64,000 bases of DNA, taken from NCBI GenBank assembly GCA_026707815.1, contig JAPOWB010000003.1, forward strand, positions 131,380-195,379, in the 5' to 3' direction. The stretch's first letter is position 1. The number at the start of each line of letters is the position of its first letter. This stretch comes from Candidatus Saccharimonadota bacterium. Lineage in GTDB: Bacteria > Patescibacteriota > Saccharimonadia > Saccharimonadales > VXPC01. The notes under the pieces are model-generated. The model made no database searches. It was not told the origin of the DNA and worked only from the letters and a program-made list of their open reading frames with translations. Positions 27,140 through 36,369 of this stretch are shown here, one piece after another. Made by a program: the position numbers and the translations under genes.

Positions 27140-27607
27140 TTATTCAGAAACTTTAACTTGGGCAACTCGGAGAACTTGGTCTTTATATTTATACCCTTTC
27201 AGAACTTCTTCAACAACCATGCCTGATGACTTCTTGCTATCTTTGATCATAGCCACAGCTTCCATAGTTTGAGCATCAAAAACCTGTCCCAAGGCTTCTA
27301 TGGGCTGTAAATCTAGTCGCTTAAAATAAGCTTGGAGTTGTTGCTGAATCTTCAAAACTCCCTCAACCCAAGCATTGGATTGAATTTCCTCTGGGACAAA
27401 ACTGAAAGCCCTTTGAAGATTGTCAAAAACTGCCAGTAAATCATGTAAAATATTTTCTTCAGCTAATCTAATTTCTTGAAGTCTGTTTTGATTTAATCTT
27501 TGACGCAAATTAATAGCATCAGCTCTTTCCTGCTTAAGAGCGGATGTTAATTCTTCTACTCTTTTCAATAAGACCTGTTTGGTCTCTTTTTTCTGTTGCT
27601 TATCCAT
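27140..27607 (-). CDS. grpE: Nucleotide exchange factor GrpE
   Basis: Coiled-coil N-terminus and a C-terminal beta domain (FDAQTMEAVAMI...VLKGYKYKDQVLRVAQVKV). Gene order is grpE-dnaK-dnaJ. Confidence 0.9.
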   Translation of the reverse strand: MDKQQKKETKQVLLKRVEELTSALKQERADAINLRQRLNQNRLQEIRLAEENILHDLLAVFDNLQRAFSFVPEEIQSNAWVEGVLKIQQQLQAYFKRLDLQPIEALGQVFDAQTMEAVAMIKDSKKSSGMVVEEVLKGYKYKDQVLRVAQVKVSE

Positions 27608-27708
27608 TACCTAAATCTCATATATATATTATTCTTATGCACAAAAAGCCCACCCCCTTAAAACTTTACTCTATATAACAGAGTTTTTAAAGTTTTAATA
27701 CCTTTTAT

Positions 27709-30700
27709 TTACACATAGTCTAAATCAGAAGAAGAGTCATGATCATCTAATCCACCATTGGAAGAATCATTTCTATGATGCTTCTTGCTCAAAGCTAGAA
27801 AGATTAAAGTCACAATCAAAAGAGCAACTAAAGCCCCTCCAATAATCAAGATTAGATCTTGGTTATCTGTCTCTTCCTCATCAGCTGGAGTTGACTCAGT
27901 TGTTTCAGCCTCATCGGTTGGTTTTTCTTCAGATGACGGTTGAGTTGACTCAGGCTGGGCAGCCTTATCCAAACTGACCGTTAAAGATTCATAAGTGTAA
28001 TTCCCCTTGGCATCAGCGACTCTGAAACAGTAAACTGCTCCGCTTGAGGCTTGATTGAGATTCACTTCGTTGCCTGATTTGACTAGACTGCTATTTCTGA
28101 AAGCTCTATAATCGCAAGCTTGATTATCTTTCAAAACAACATATTGCCAATTTTTAACATCTTCATCAGAAGTTGCCATGATGGTTTCAGCAGTTTGCTT
28201 GACCGTCACTTGAGGAGCTTTGGTATCAATGCCAGTCACAAAAATCTTAGCATGACCAACAATACCATTGTCAGCTACAACCTTGAAACAATACCAATAA
28301 CCATTACTACTCTCGTTTAGAATCAGCTTGTGGGCTGATTTGGAAGCTTCTGAGAATTCTAGCTGATTATCTGGGCTACAATCTATGTCAGTTCTTGATC
28401 TAAGCCACTGCCAAGTGTTGTTGTCAACATTATCAGCTGAGGCGGTCAAAGTAGTATTTCTTAGAGTCAGGCTAATAACTGGAGCTTCAAGATTAATCTC
28501 ATTTAAAACTATCCCCTTATAACCATAGTTACCATGTTTATCAGCTACTCGGAAACAATAATAAATGAAATCGCTATCATGGGTGGTCACATCAAAAGAT
28601 ATTTCAGATGATTCAACTTGGTTAAGCTTATCAAAAGTTAAATCTTCTCCTTGGCAATCTAGCTGCGTCTTGCTGTAAAAGTAACCCCAAGTTGTCACAT
28701 CTAAATCATCATCTGTACTCTCAATGGTTAGTAAAATATTATTCTGAGTAATCTTAATCGTTGGAGCTTGACGATCAATTCTGATTTTACTGTAAGTAGT
28801 TAGCCCTCGCTGGTTTGAAACCTTGAAACATAGCCAGTGATAAGCTGAGCCAAGATTCTTTACTTGTAAGTTAAGCTCTAGCGAATTATTGTGGTTTTTA
28901 ACAAACTGCAGGTTGCTATTGGGGCCACAATATGGCTCAGTCAGAGATAAAGCCCAAGCCCAAGTTGAGTAATTGACATTAGCTGAAGTTGAGCGAGCAA
29001 TAATCCTGCCCGCTGGAGTTTCGAGAGTGATGACTGGTGAACTTTGATCATCAACTTTACCAACGCTATAAAGAGCATAAATATAATTACCAGCATAATC
29101 AGCAACCTTGAAACATAACCAGTGATTATTATCTACTTCTCTTAATAACAATTGCCTATTAGCCGGCAAGCGAGTAATTAAAGAATTAGAATAAGTCTGA
29201 CAATCAACGCTTTGACTAAATTTAGCATACTGCCAAGTATCGTGATCAACATCTGTGGACGAAGAATTAATGGTTAAGATATTAGCTGTATCGTTGAACT
29301 TAAAGCCAATCACAGGAGTCGATAAATCATAGCGGTATTTGGCGTACCCATAATTGCGAGCATTACCAGCTTGGCTTGAAGTATCAGCTACTCGGAAGCA
29401 ATAGTAAGCTCCGTGTTGTGCATCAGAAATATTGCTAATAACAATCTTCTGAGTTGAAGATGTCAACAAATTAGTATTTACATCTGTATAAGTGACTTTA
29501 GAACAATCACCGGGATCAGAGCTGAAGGTTGCCCAAGCCCAACTGTAGCCATCAACATCATCGGCGGTTGTACTAACCTCGATGACTCGAGCTTGAGATT
29601 TTTGGATAACTTTCAGAGCCGGTGGATTATCAATAGTAGTAATTTGGTTGCTTTTAGCATAGCCGTAGTTACCGGCTTTGTCAGCCACTCGGAAACAGTA
29701 ATATCTGTCACTATCGCTTTCACTGAGAGTTACTGTATTGTTCTGGCTATTAGCCCGATTAAAGCTTAAATCTTTATCACAGTCAAAATCATCATTGACT
29801 TGACTGCGAGCATACTGCCAAGAATTGACATTAATGTCTGTTGCCTTAGTAGTAGCTGTTAATGTTGAGCCTTTTTGCCCAACTTCAACTACAGGGGCTG
29901 TAGCATCAAAGGTTTTGATACGAATTTTACCGTAACCGAAGAAATCAAGATTGTTTAAAACTCGGAAGCAAAACCAATAATTAATATCATCTTCAACTAA
30001 ATTCAAAGTCTGATCGTCAAAGCTTCGCCAAGTCAAATTGGGAGCAACAGTTCTACAATTAGATGGCTGGTTGGTTCGAGACACTCGAGCATAACGCCAA
30101 GAATCTTTATCAATAGCCACATTATTGCTGACTTGAACTGTCAAGACAGATCCTTTTTGAGTCATACTAATAGTTGGTGTGGCAGTATTCAAAGAAGTAA
30201 CATGATAAGCATCGCTATAACCAACATTGCCGTATTGATCCTCAACTTTAAAGCAAAAGTAATCATTGACATCATTGCTATCTAGTCTAATTTGAGAGCC
30301 TCGATTAACAGTTAAATCTTCAAAAGTATCCTCATCGCATTCCAAATCATCTTCATCTTCAACCCATCGCCAAGTGCTACTTTGAGGTCGATCTTTGCTA
30401 GAGGAGGTAGCCCACAATAAATTATTGGTTTGACGCAATTTAATTGTCGGAGCAACAACGTCAATTTTGATAGATTTATAAGCATAATTACCAACTAAAC
30501 TATCAGCCACTCTCAAGCATAGCCATTGATCCTCAACGTCTTCGTCAGCTCCAGTATCAGTCAAATCAATAATAGTATAGCTTCGTTTAGTCGTGGAACG
30601 ATTTTCAAGCGTCAGACCAACAGAAGACCATCCAGTCAATTGAGAATGACAATCATCATCTGTCTCAATCACATATTGCCAAGAATTTCCATCAACTTCA

Positions 30701-31815
30701 ACCGCATCATAAGCATTGGCTTTGACAGTTAAACGGGATTGTTGAAGACCACTTAAAGTGGGCGGATTGTTGATGGTGGTAGCACTGACATGGGAATAAG
30801 CGTAATGACCAACATTATCAGCTACTCGGAAACAATAAGTCCGACCTGCAGTTGACTGAGTTAGGGTAATAACTGCTCTATCTCGACTAATAACCGCACC
30901 TTTGAAAGTATCCAAGTCTTTGAAACTAGTGTATCGACTATTACATTTAGAAGCTGAAATAGTCGCATACTGCCAAGAATCTAAATTAATATTGGCATTA
31001 CTATCAGGTTGACTATCATTATTGTCATCTTGGAAGACTGAAACTGTTAATATGGCATTATTTTGGTTAACGCTTAATTGTGGTGAGCGAGTATCAACTT
31101 GAAAACCAGCTGTATTATAGCCCACATTACCCTGATCATCAGTCAGCTTAAAGCAGTAGTATTTACCGTGATTACCATCACTGAGAGGCATAATCAGAGT
31201 TTTGGTTGTAGCGACATTTTGCTCAGTAAAAGATCCTGACTCAGCACTACAATCACTAACAGCTGTATCAGAGATAAGAACTTCCCAAGTGGCGATTTGA
31301 CTAATATCATCAGCTGTTGCCACTAAGTTATTGGCTTGTTGCTTGACGGCGACTACTGGAGCTTGTTGATCAATAGTGAACAAAGCGTAGTACTCTTTAG
31401 TGCTAGCATCGTTATTCGGGCGTTGATACAAAACCTTCAAACAATAATATGAATGTCCAACCCCAAGAGTAGCAGTGAAAGTCGCTTGATTAGCAACATT
31501 ATCCCAATCAGCTAATCTTGTCGTTCCAAAGCCTTGAGCAGAACAAGACTGATTGTTGACCACTTGGCTATAGTGGATATGTGTCTCAGCCTGGGAATTG
31601 GTAAAATATTTGACTTCGTAACCTTCAGGGGCTTCTACAGTAGCAGTCACCTCTGCATTTGTTCTAGAAAATGTAACCGTCGGAGCAACCGCTTGGACTA
31701 ATAACCACCCCAAATAAATAGATGAAATAAGCACAATAGAAGCTAGAAAAACTAAATAGCTAACCCATATAGTTTTTCGAGTTCGTGGCTGAGCAAGATT
31801 ATTCACTTGATTCAA
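27709..31815 (-). CDS. Giant surface protein: N-terminal signal/anchor, 13 tandem ~95-aa two-cysteine repeats, acidic stalk, C-terminal TM anchor and acidic cytoplasmic tail
   Basis: Repeat consensus is APxIxVxQxxNxLTATxxDxDVDxxSWQYAxxxxxxDCxxxxxF...(25-35 aa)...YYCFRVADKAGNYGY. C-terminal TM is LILIIGGALVALLIVTLIFLAL. Likely true start is GTG 31806, 9 nt after AAGGAG (31816-31821), rather than the tracked TTG 31815. Confidence 0.85.
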   Translation of the reverse strand: MNQVNNLAQPRTRKTIWVSYLVFLASIVLISSIYLGWLLVQAVAPTVTFSRTNAEVTATVEAPEGYEVKYFTNSQAETHIHYSQVVNNQSCSAQGFGTTRLADWDNVANQATFTATLGVGHSYYCLKVLYQRPNNDASTKEYYALFTIDQQAPVVAVKQQANNLVATADDISQIATWEVLISDTAVSDCSAESGSFTEQNVATTKTLIMPLSDGNHGKYYCFKLTDDQGNVGYNTAGFQVDTRSPQLSVNQNNAILTVSVFQDDNNDSQPDSNANINLDSWQYATISASKCNSRYTSFKDLDTFKGAVISRDRAVITLTQSTAGRTYCFRVADNVGHYAYSHVSATTINNPPTLSGLQQSRLTVKANAYDAVEVDGNSWQYVIETDDDCHSQLTGWSSVGLTLENRSTTKRSYTIIDLTDTGADEDVEDQWLCLRVADSLVGNYAYKSIKIDVVAPTIKLRQTNNLLWATSSSKDRPQSSTWRWVEDEDDLECDEDTFEDLTVNRGSQIRLDSNDVNDYFCFKVEDQYGNVGYSDAYHVTSLNTATPTISMTQKGSVLTVQVSNNVAIDKDSWRYARVSRTNQPSNCRTVAPNLTWRSFDDQTLNLVEDDINYWFCFRVLNNLDFFGYGKIRIKTFDATAPVVEVGQKGSTLTATTKATDINVNSWQYARSQVNDDFDCDKDLSFNRANSQNNTVTLSESDSDRYYCFRVADKAGNYGYAKSNQITTIDNPPALKVIQKSQARVIEVSTTADDVDGYSWAWATFSSDPGDCSKVTYTDVNTNLLTSSTQKIVISNISDAQHGAYYCFRVADTSSQAGNARNYGYAKYRYDLSTPVIGFKFNDTANILTINSSSTDVDHDTWQYAKFSQSVDCQTYSNSLITRLPANRQLLLREVDNNHWLCFKVADYAGNYIYALYSVGKVDDQSSPVITLETPAGRIIARSTSANVNYSTWAWALSLTEPYCGPNSNLQFVKNHNNSLELNLQVKNLGSAYHWLCFKVSNQRGLTTYSKIRIDRQAPTIKITQNNILLTIESTDDDLDVTTWGYFYSKTQLDCQGEDLTFDKLNQVESSEISFDVTTHDSDFIYYCFRVADKHGNYGYKGIVLNEINLEAPVISLTLRNTTLTASADNVDNNTWQWLRSRTDIDCSPDNQLEFSEASKSAHKLILNESSNGYWYCFKVVADNGIVGHAKIFVTGIDTKAPQVTVKQTAETIMATSDEDVKNWQYVVLKDNQACDYRAFRNSSLVKSGNEVNLNQASSGAVYCFRVADAKGNYTYESLTVSLDKAAQPESTQPSSEEKPTDEAETTESTPADEEETDNQDLILIIGGALVALLIVTLIFLALSKKHHRNDSSNGGLDDHDSSSDLDYV

Positions 31816-32041
31816 CTCCTTAAAAATTTCTCAAAAATAAAAATATAAATATAAAAGATTAAATCTCAATTCAGAAATCCCCAAAAAAATATAATTTCTT
31901 GAGGGAGTTTTTAGATTAAGACCTCAATCTAGTAGTTCAAACTTTACAATATTTTATACAATAAAGCAAGTCTTTAAGCTAGGGCTAGCCAACTGAAAAA
32001 CCTTGACTTCTTGATCAGAAATGACTTAAAAACAAACTCTA

Positions 32042-32470
32042 CTACTGGGAGGATTGCCACAAATCTTGGTAATTTTGTCGTTGATCAGCAACCCAAGCTT
32101 TCTTTAAATCATCTGAATCTTGAAATTTATCGTCGCCCTCTTGTTCCATCAGCTCTAAGGCTGAGTAATAGTCTGGTCTTTCGATTAAATGAGCATAGGC
32201 AATCCGCCCAGAAGTTACATAATCATCATTATGGACAGTCGTCGGCTGACCATATTCTGTACCATGCTCCATTTCTTCTTTGATACCTTGTATGAATTGA
32301 CCCAGATCAACAATTGACCAATCAACTCCAATCTCATCACCGATATCCTTAGCCCTCTTCAAAGTCAGGCCAGGCCATTTCTTGGTATAGTCTCGAGTGT
32401 AGAAATGCTTGGTTAACTGAGAATGCTGGGGGCTATCTGGTTTATATGTAGTTTTCTGAGAATCCGACAT
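32042..32470 (-). CDS. Conserved hypothetical protein (142 aa)
   Basis: Motifs EEMEHGTEYG...RIAYAHLIERPDYYSALELME are reminiscent of a small phage/CPR-associated DUF family. Assignment uncertain. Confidence 0.4.
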   Translation of the reverse strand: MSDSQKTTYKPDSPQHSQLTKHFYTRDYTKKWPGLTLKRAKDIGDEIGVDWSIVDLGQFIQGIKEEMEHGTEYGQPTTVHNDDYVTSGRIAYAHLIERPDYYSALELMEQEGDDKFQDSDDLKKAWVADQRQNYQDLWQSSQ

Positions 32471-32644
32471 GACAAATTATTATTTATATACTCCTTATAA
32501 TTGCAATTTTGAAATTTATTCCTAAATATAAAAAACTTAAATGTTTCACTTTTAAAAGTTTAACATAATTAAACTATCTTTTAAAAGACTGAAAAAATAC
32601 AAACAACAATAAAAAGACTCTGCCTAGAAAATGTTTTTAAAATC

Positions 32645-33562
32645 CTATTTAGCTTTTTGAAAACGAGTTAAAAGATAAATAGTTATTCCTATAGCAATAA
32701 CAATTAAACCGACTAACCACCAGTTAGCTGAATCTCCGTTATCAGTTGCTCCCCCATCATCTTGAGTAGCTTCAGTTTGAGGTACTTGATAAACTTCAGA
32801 CAATTGACCAGAATCCCCAATCGAAGCTATGAAACAAAGCCTTAATCCAGTCATGGATTCAGATAAAGGTAAATAAGCTCGCCCACTATCCAAAACTGGC
32901 ATGGTATTAAAAGTTAGTTCTTCAGATTCCAAATTGCCACAATCTTCGTTGGCAACAACAGTAGCATATTGAAAATTGGTTGCTGAAACTTCCTCGGAAT
33001 TAGCAACGACATGAACTTGAGATGGGATTAAGCTATTCACTTCAAGAGGAGTAGTAAAGTAGAATCTTAAATCAGCTTCCGAATCTATTTGAGGCTCAAA
33101 ACTATTCTGGATCTTATAAGCTTGGGGGTTATTTTGGAGTTGATCGCCTATCTGAATCGGTAAATTGATGCAATAAACATAATCATTAGTCAGCTTTTGG
33201 GTGATTGGAATATTTAAAGAAGCTTTGGTTACTTGATCCCCAGCAGATTTATCAATTGAGGCTTCAATTTCTAAAGCTCTAGCTTTTAGCCTGTTCCAGC
33301 TCAGCTCATTACACTGGAAGTCTGGAATGTTCTCAGGACCAAGATAACTAATTATTAATTTATCCTCGTCATTTTTTAGCAGATGAGCTTCATCTGAAAT
33401 GACAGTTGTATCAATCTGGATTGACAAACCATCAGACGTCTCTTCAACCATAACTGAATCTTGAGCTAAAGCAATAAGCGGCTGATAAACCCAAACAATG
33501 CCTAAAATTAAAGCAATTAAAATACCCAACAACCCACTAATTAAAAATTTAGTCTTAATCAT
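32645..33562 (-). CDS. Surface protein with N-terminal signal, two degenerate two-cysteine modules and C-terminal TM anchor
   Basis: Probable start is MIKTKFLISGLLGILIALILG (ATG 33562; the track starts 19 codons earlier). Modules are FQCNELSWNRL...YVYCINLP and NFQYATVVANEDCGN...GLRLCFIASIGDSG. C-terminal anchor is WWLVGLIVIAIGITIYLLTRFQKAK. Confidence 0.7.
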   Translation of the reverse strand: MIKTKFLISGLLGILIALILGIVWVYQPLIALAQDSVMVEETSDGLSIQIDTTVISDEAHLLKNDEDKLIISYLGPENIPDFQCNELSWNRLKARALEIEASIDKSAGDQVTKASLNIPITQKLTNDYVYCINLPIQIGDQLQNNPQAYKIQNSFEPQIDSEADLRFYFTTPLEVNSLIPSQVHVVANSEEVSATNFQYATVVANEDCGNLESEELTFNTMPVLDSGRAYLPLSESMTGLRLCFIASIGDSGQLSEVYQVPQTEATQDDGGATDNGDSANWWLVGLIVIAIGITIYLLTRFQKAK

Positions 33563-33697
33563 AAATCTAATATATCCTCTTGTTTGAAATAATATTGTTT
33601 TTATAACAAAGTATAACAAAATTTACAAACAAAGCTGTCTTTGCAGATACAATGTAACGTATTGCTTCTCTCATCGACTGACCTTAAATTCCTCTTA

Positions 33698-34180
33698 CTA
33701 TAAATCTGTAGAAGGATTAGTAAGTTCAAGTTCGCCGATACTTTTCTCATATTCTTGTCTAACTTCTTCTAAAATCTCATCCTGTTGTTGTTCGAAAATT
33801 TTATACTTCTCTTCTTCTAAGATAAAGAGTCCAAGAATTAGGAGTATCACATATAGAGTGCCTGAAACTATAGCTATAATCCAACCAGCTTTTGCCAAAT
33901 TATTTTTCCGATTTGATGATTTAGCTTGAGAATAAGCAATCAAAGACAAAATCAAACCAGCCAGCCATAAAAGACTGGTGATAAATGCCATCCAAAATAG
34001 TAGGATGCTAACTAAAACTAATATAAAGCCTGCTATACCTAAGCCCGACCCCTGATTCTGTGACTGAGGTACATTGGCTGGAAATTGATTGTTATTAGGT
34101 GACAAATTCTGCTGAGGAGGGATATTACTCGGAGATGTATTACTGGGATTCGAATTGTCAGATGTATTGCTAGGATTCAT
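33698..34180 (-). CDS. Membrane protein with Pro/Asn/Gln-rich N-terminus (DUF4190-like TM core)
   Basis: Low-complexity N-terminus, then 3-4 TM helices (GLGIAGFILVLVSILLFW...). Confidence 0.45.
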   Translation of the reverse strand: MNPSNTSDNSNPSNTSPSNIPPQQNLSPNNNQFPANVPQSQNQGSGLGIAGFILVLVSILLFWMAFITSLLWLAGLILSLIAYSQAKSSNRKNNLAKAGWIIAIVSGTLYVILLILGLFILEEEKYKIFEQQQDEILEEVRQEYEKSIGELELTNPSTDL

Positions 34181-34210
34181 AACTCTAATTCCTATTGACT
34201 ATAGTCTACA

Positions 34211-34393
34211 CTAGTTGTCTCGTTTTTCAAAGGTCTCAGTTTTCCGAGCTTTTAAGCGATCATATATAACCCAGCATAAACCAACGATACTGACAACAGC
34301 TACCAAGACATAGAAAACCAAAATTCCAATTGATATAACTACTTCCCAACCAGAAACTTCAGTGGCTTGATCAGTTTGAGCTAATAGAATCAT
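34211..34393 (-). CDS. Small membrane protein (60 aa)
   Basis: Single TM (VVISIGILVFYVLVAVVSIVGLCWVIY). Tightly packed between neighbours. Confidence 0.4.
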   Translation of the reverse strand: MILLAQTDQATEVSGWEVVISIGILVFYVLVAVVSIVGLCWVIYDRLKARKTETFEKRDN

Positions 34394-34395
34394 AA

Positions 34396-34716
34396 TTACT
34401 TGGGAGTTAATTTGACGGCTGTGCCATAAACAAAAATTTCTGAAGCTCCCTGAGTAATAGTTGAAGTTGAAAAACCAATCCCTAAGATTGCATCAGCTCC
34501 CAACCTTTTGGCATCTTGAATCATTCTCTGCAAGGCTTCTTCTCGGGCATGAGCTTGCAGCTGAGTATACTCGCCCAATTCTCCACCGACTAAATTTCTT
34601 AAATTAGCAATAAAATCTCGACCAAAATTACGAGCCCGAACTGTACTGCCTCTAACAATACCCAAATCTTGAATAATATTATATCCAGCAACTGTTAACA
34701 GAGTACTTAGTAACAT
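34396..34716 (-). CDS. ybjQ: YbjQ/UPF0145 family protein
   Basis: GIVRGSTVRARNFGRDFIANLRNLVGGE...EALQRMIQDAKRLGADAILGIGF...GTAVKL matches the family pattern. Confidence 0.8.
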   Translation of the reverse strand: MLLSTLLTVAGYNIIQDLGIVRGSTVRARNFGRDFIANLRNLVGGELGEYTQLQAHAREEALQRMIQDAKRLGADAILGIGFSTSTITQGASEIFVYGTAVKLTPK

Positions 34717-34810
34717 GTTTTAATTGTATGTAAATGCTAATCTAAATTCAATAACTATCTATAGTAGAATATGTACAATTAATAATAATTGAAAAACTTA
34801 TCGCAGAGCT

Positions 34811-35500
34811 ATGTCACAAACTGGAGTTTACAGTAATAAACAGATTTTAAAGGCTATTGAAGCTAAACAAATTGTTATACACCCTTTTAATCCCAAGCAT
34901 TTAGCGGGTAGCAGTGTTGATGTTACTTTGGGTGATTTTTACTATCGCACAGAACATAACACTGCTTCTAATTTTTATAATCCCTTCGACAAATCAGAAG
35001 TTGAAAAATATTTTTCAGGACCTCATCAAGCTCAAACCCATGATATCTGGGCTCAAGAATCCGGGCGACAATTATTTGTCAATGTTCCAGCCCAGCAACC
35101 AATTATTGTCGTAAAACCCGGCGAGAGAATTCTAGCCCATACCCACGAATTCATTGGTATTAAACCACCAGGAACTTCAACTATGCAGGCTCGTAGTACT
35201 TGGGGTAGAAATGGCATTACTGTCTGTTTGGATGCCGGCTGGGGAGATCCAGGCTACATTAATCGCTGGACAATGGAAGTTTATAATCTGAATCAACATC
35301 ACAGTGTCGTTTTGCCAGTTGGCGAGAGAATTGCCCAAATTGTGTTTTATCATACTGGGGAAGTTGATTCAGACTACGGCAGTTTATCGGGTAAATATCA
35401 AGCTTCGTCTGATATTGAAACTCTAATCAAGACTTGGCAACCCTCTCAAATGTTGCCGAAAGCCTACCATGATAAAAGAATGCCATCTTTAGAGCTTTAG
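34811..35500 (+). CDS. dcd: dCTP deaminase family protein
   Basis: ILKAIEAKQIVIHPF...AGSSVDVTLG, ARSTWGRNGI and DAGWGDPGY..WTMEVYN follow the Dcd/dUTPase-fold motifs. Confidence 0.8.
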   Translation: MSQTGVYSNKQILKAIEAKQIVIHPFNPKHLAGSSVDVTLGDFYYRTEHNTASNFYNPFDKSEVEKYFSGPHQAQTHDIWAQESGRQLFVNVPAQQPIIVVKPGERILAHTHEFIGIKPPGTSTMQARSTWGRNGITVCLDAGWGDPGYINRWTMEVYNLNQHHSVVLPVGERIAQIVFYHTGEVDSDYGSLSGKYQASSDIETLIKTWQPSQMLPKAYHDKRMPSLEL

Positions 35501-35563
35501 ATTAATTACAGATTTGAGCAAATCTCTTATGCTTGGCAAAATTAAAATAGTCTGACAAAATTA

Positions 35564-36274
35564 TTGTCAATTATGCAGGAGAAATTTCTTTCCAAATCAG
35601 AAAACAAAGGTAGCTTTTTGGTTATCGAAGGCAGTGATGGTTGTGGCAAAGCCACACAAACGGAACTTTTAGTGAAACATCTAACCGACTTAGGTTGGCA
35701 AATAGAAAAATTAGAATTTCCCAGATATGATAATTCGAGCAGTTTTTTTATTCAAAAATACTTATCGGGACAATATGGTGATTTGGAAGATATTAATCCC
35801 AAAACGGCTAGTCTATTTTTCGCTCTAGACAGATATGATGCCAAAGAGCAAATAAATCAAGCCTTAAATGACGGTAAAATCATTATTAGCGATCGCTTTG
35901 TCGCTTCAAATTTAGCTCATCAGGGAGCTAAAATTGAGGATTTAAATCAAAGAACAGAGTTCTTTCAGTGGATTTATGCTCTCGAATTCGATATTTTACA
36001 CATTCCTCGTCCTGATTTAAATTTAATTCTAAATATCCCAACAGAAATCTCTCAGAAACTCTTAAAACAACAAATCGAAAGACGAAGCTTGGACATCCAT
36101 GAAGAGAATTTAAATCAACAAATTCAATCCAGACAAATCTATCATCAGCTTTGCCAAGATTTTAGTGATCAATTCATTGAAATTAACTGCCTCAATCATA
36201 ATCAACAGCTCTTAAGTATTGAACAAATTCAAAGTCAAATTCAATCAATCGTAAATTTTCACCTCAAATCTTAA
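35564..36274 (+). CDS. tmk: Thymidylate (dTMP) kinase
   Basis: P-loop FLVIEGSDGCGKATQ and a DRF/DRY-like ISDRFVASNLAHQ. Start may be ATG 35573. Confidence 0.8.
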   Translation: MSIMQEKFLSKSENKGSFLVIEGSDGCGKATQTELLVKHLTDLGWQIEKLEFPRYDNSSSFFIQKYLSGQYGDLEDINPKTASLFFALDRYDAKEQINQALNDGKIIISDRFVASNLAHQGAKIEDLNQRTEFFQWIYALEFDILHIPRPDLNLILNIPTEISQKLLKQQIERRSLDIHEENLNQQIQSRQIYHQLCQDFSDQFIEINCLNHNQQLLSIEQIQSQIQSIVNFHLKS

Positions 36275-36369
36275 TAAAGAGCATTCAACCATACCCCTCA
36301 TGGTTGCATATTGTGCGTATATTAATTGATAATTACAGAAATTAATTAAATTTAAGGAGACTCAAACAT

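Noticed and set aside
24936-27272. ORFs 24936-25169 and 27081-27272 overlapping the dnaK/grpE ends
   Set aside because: They are antisense to highly conserved chaperone genes, and the 27081 ORF spans the CIRCE/promoter region. They are not credible coding sequences.
28120-30732. Antisense or alternate-frame ORFs inside the giant surface gene (28120-28320, 30312-30494, 30526-30732), and similar ones inside other long genes (8852-9076, 12687-12938, 17154-17348, 19612-19818, 22632-22823, 34914-35114, 37382-37576, 45476-45767, 46302-46634, 55883-56110, 63069-63281)
   Set aside because: Each is fully contained in a longer ORF with clear family motifs, and their translations are low-complexity with no motif support.
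27709-31815. Diversity-generating retroelement (template/variable repeat pair plus reverse transcriptase) acting on the repeat proteins
   Set aside because: There is no reverse-transcriptase-like ORF in the window, and no pair of near-identical DNA repeats differing mainly at adenines. The repeats are broadly diverged.
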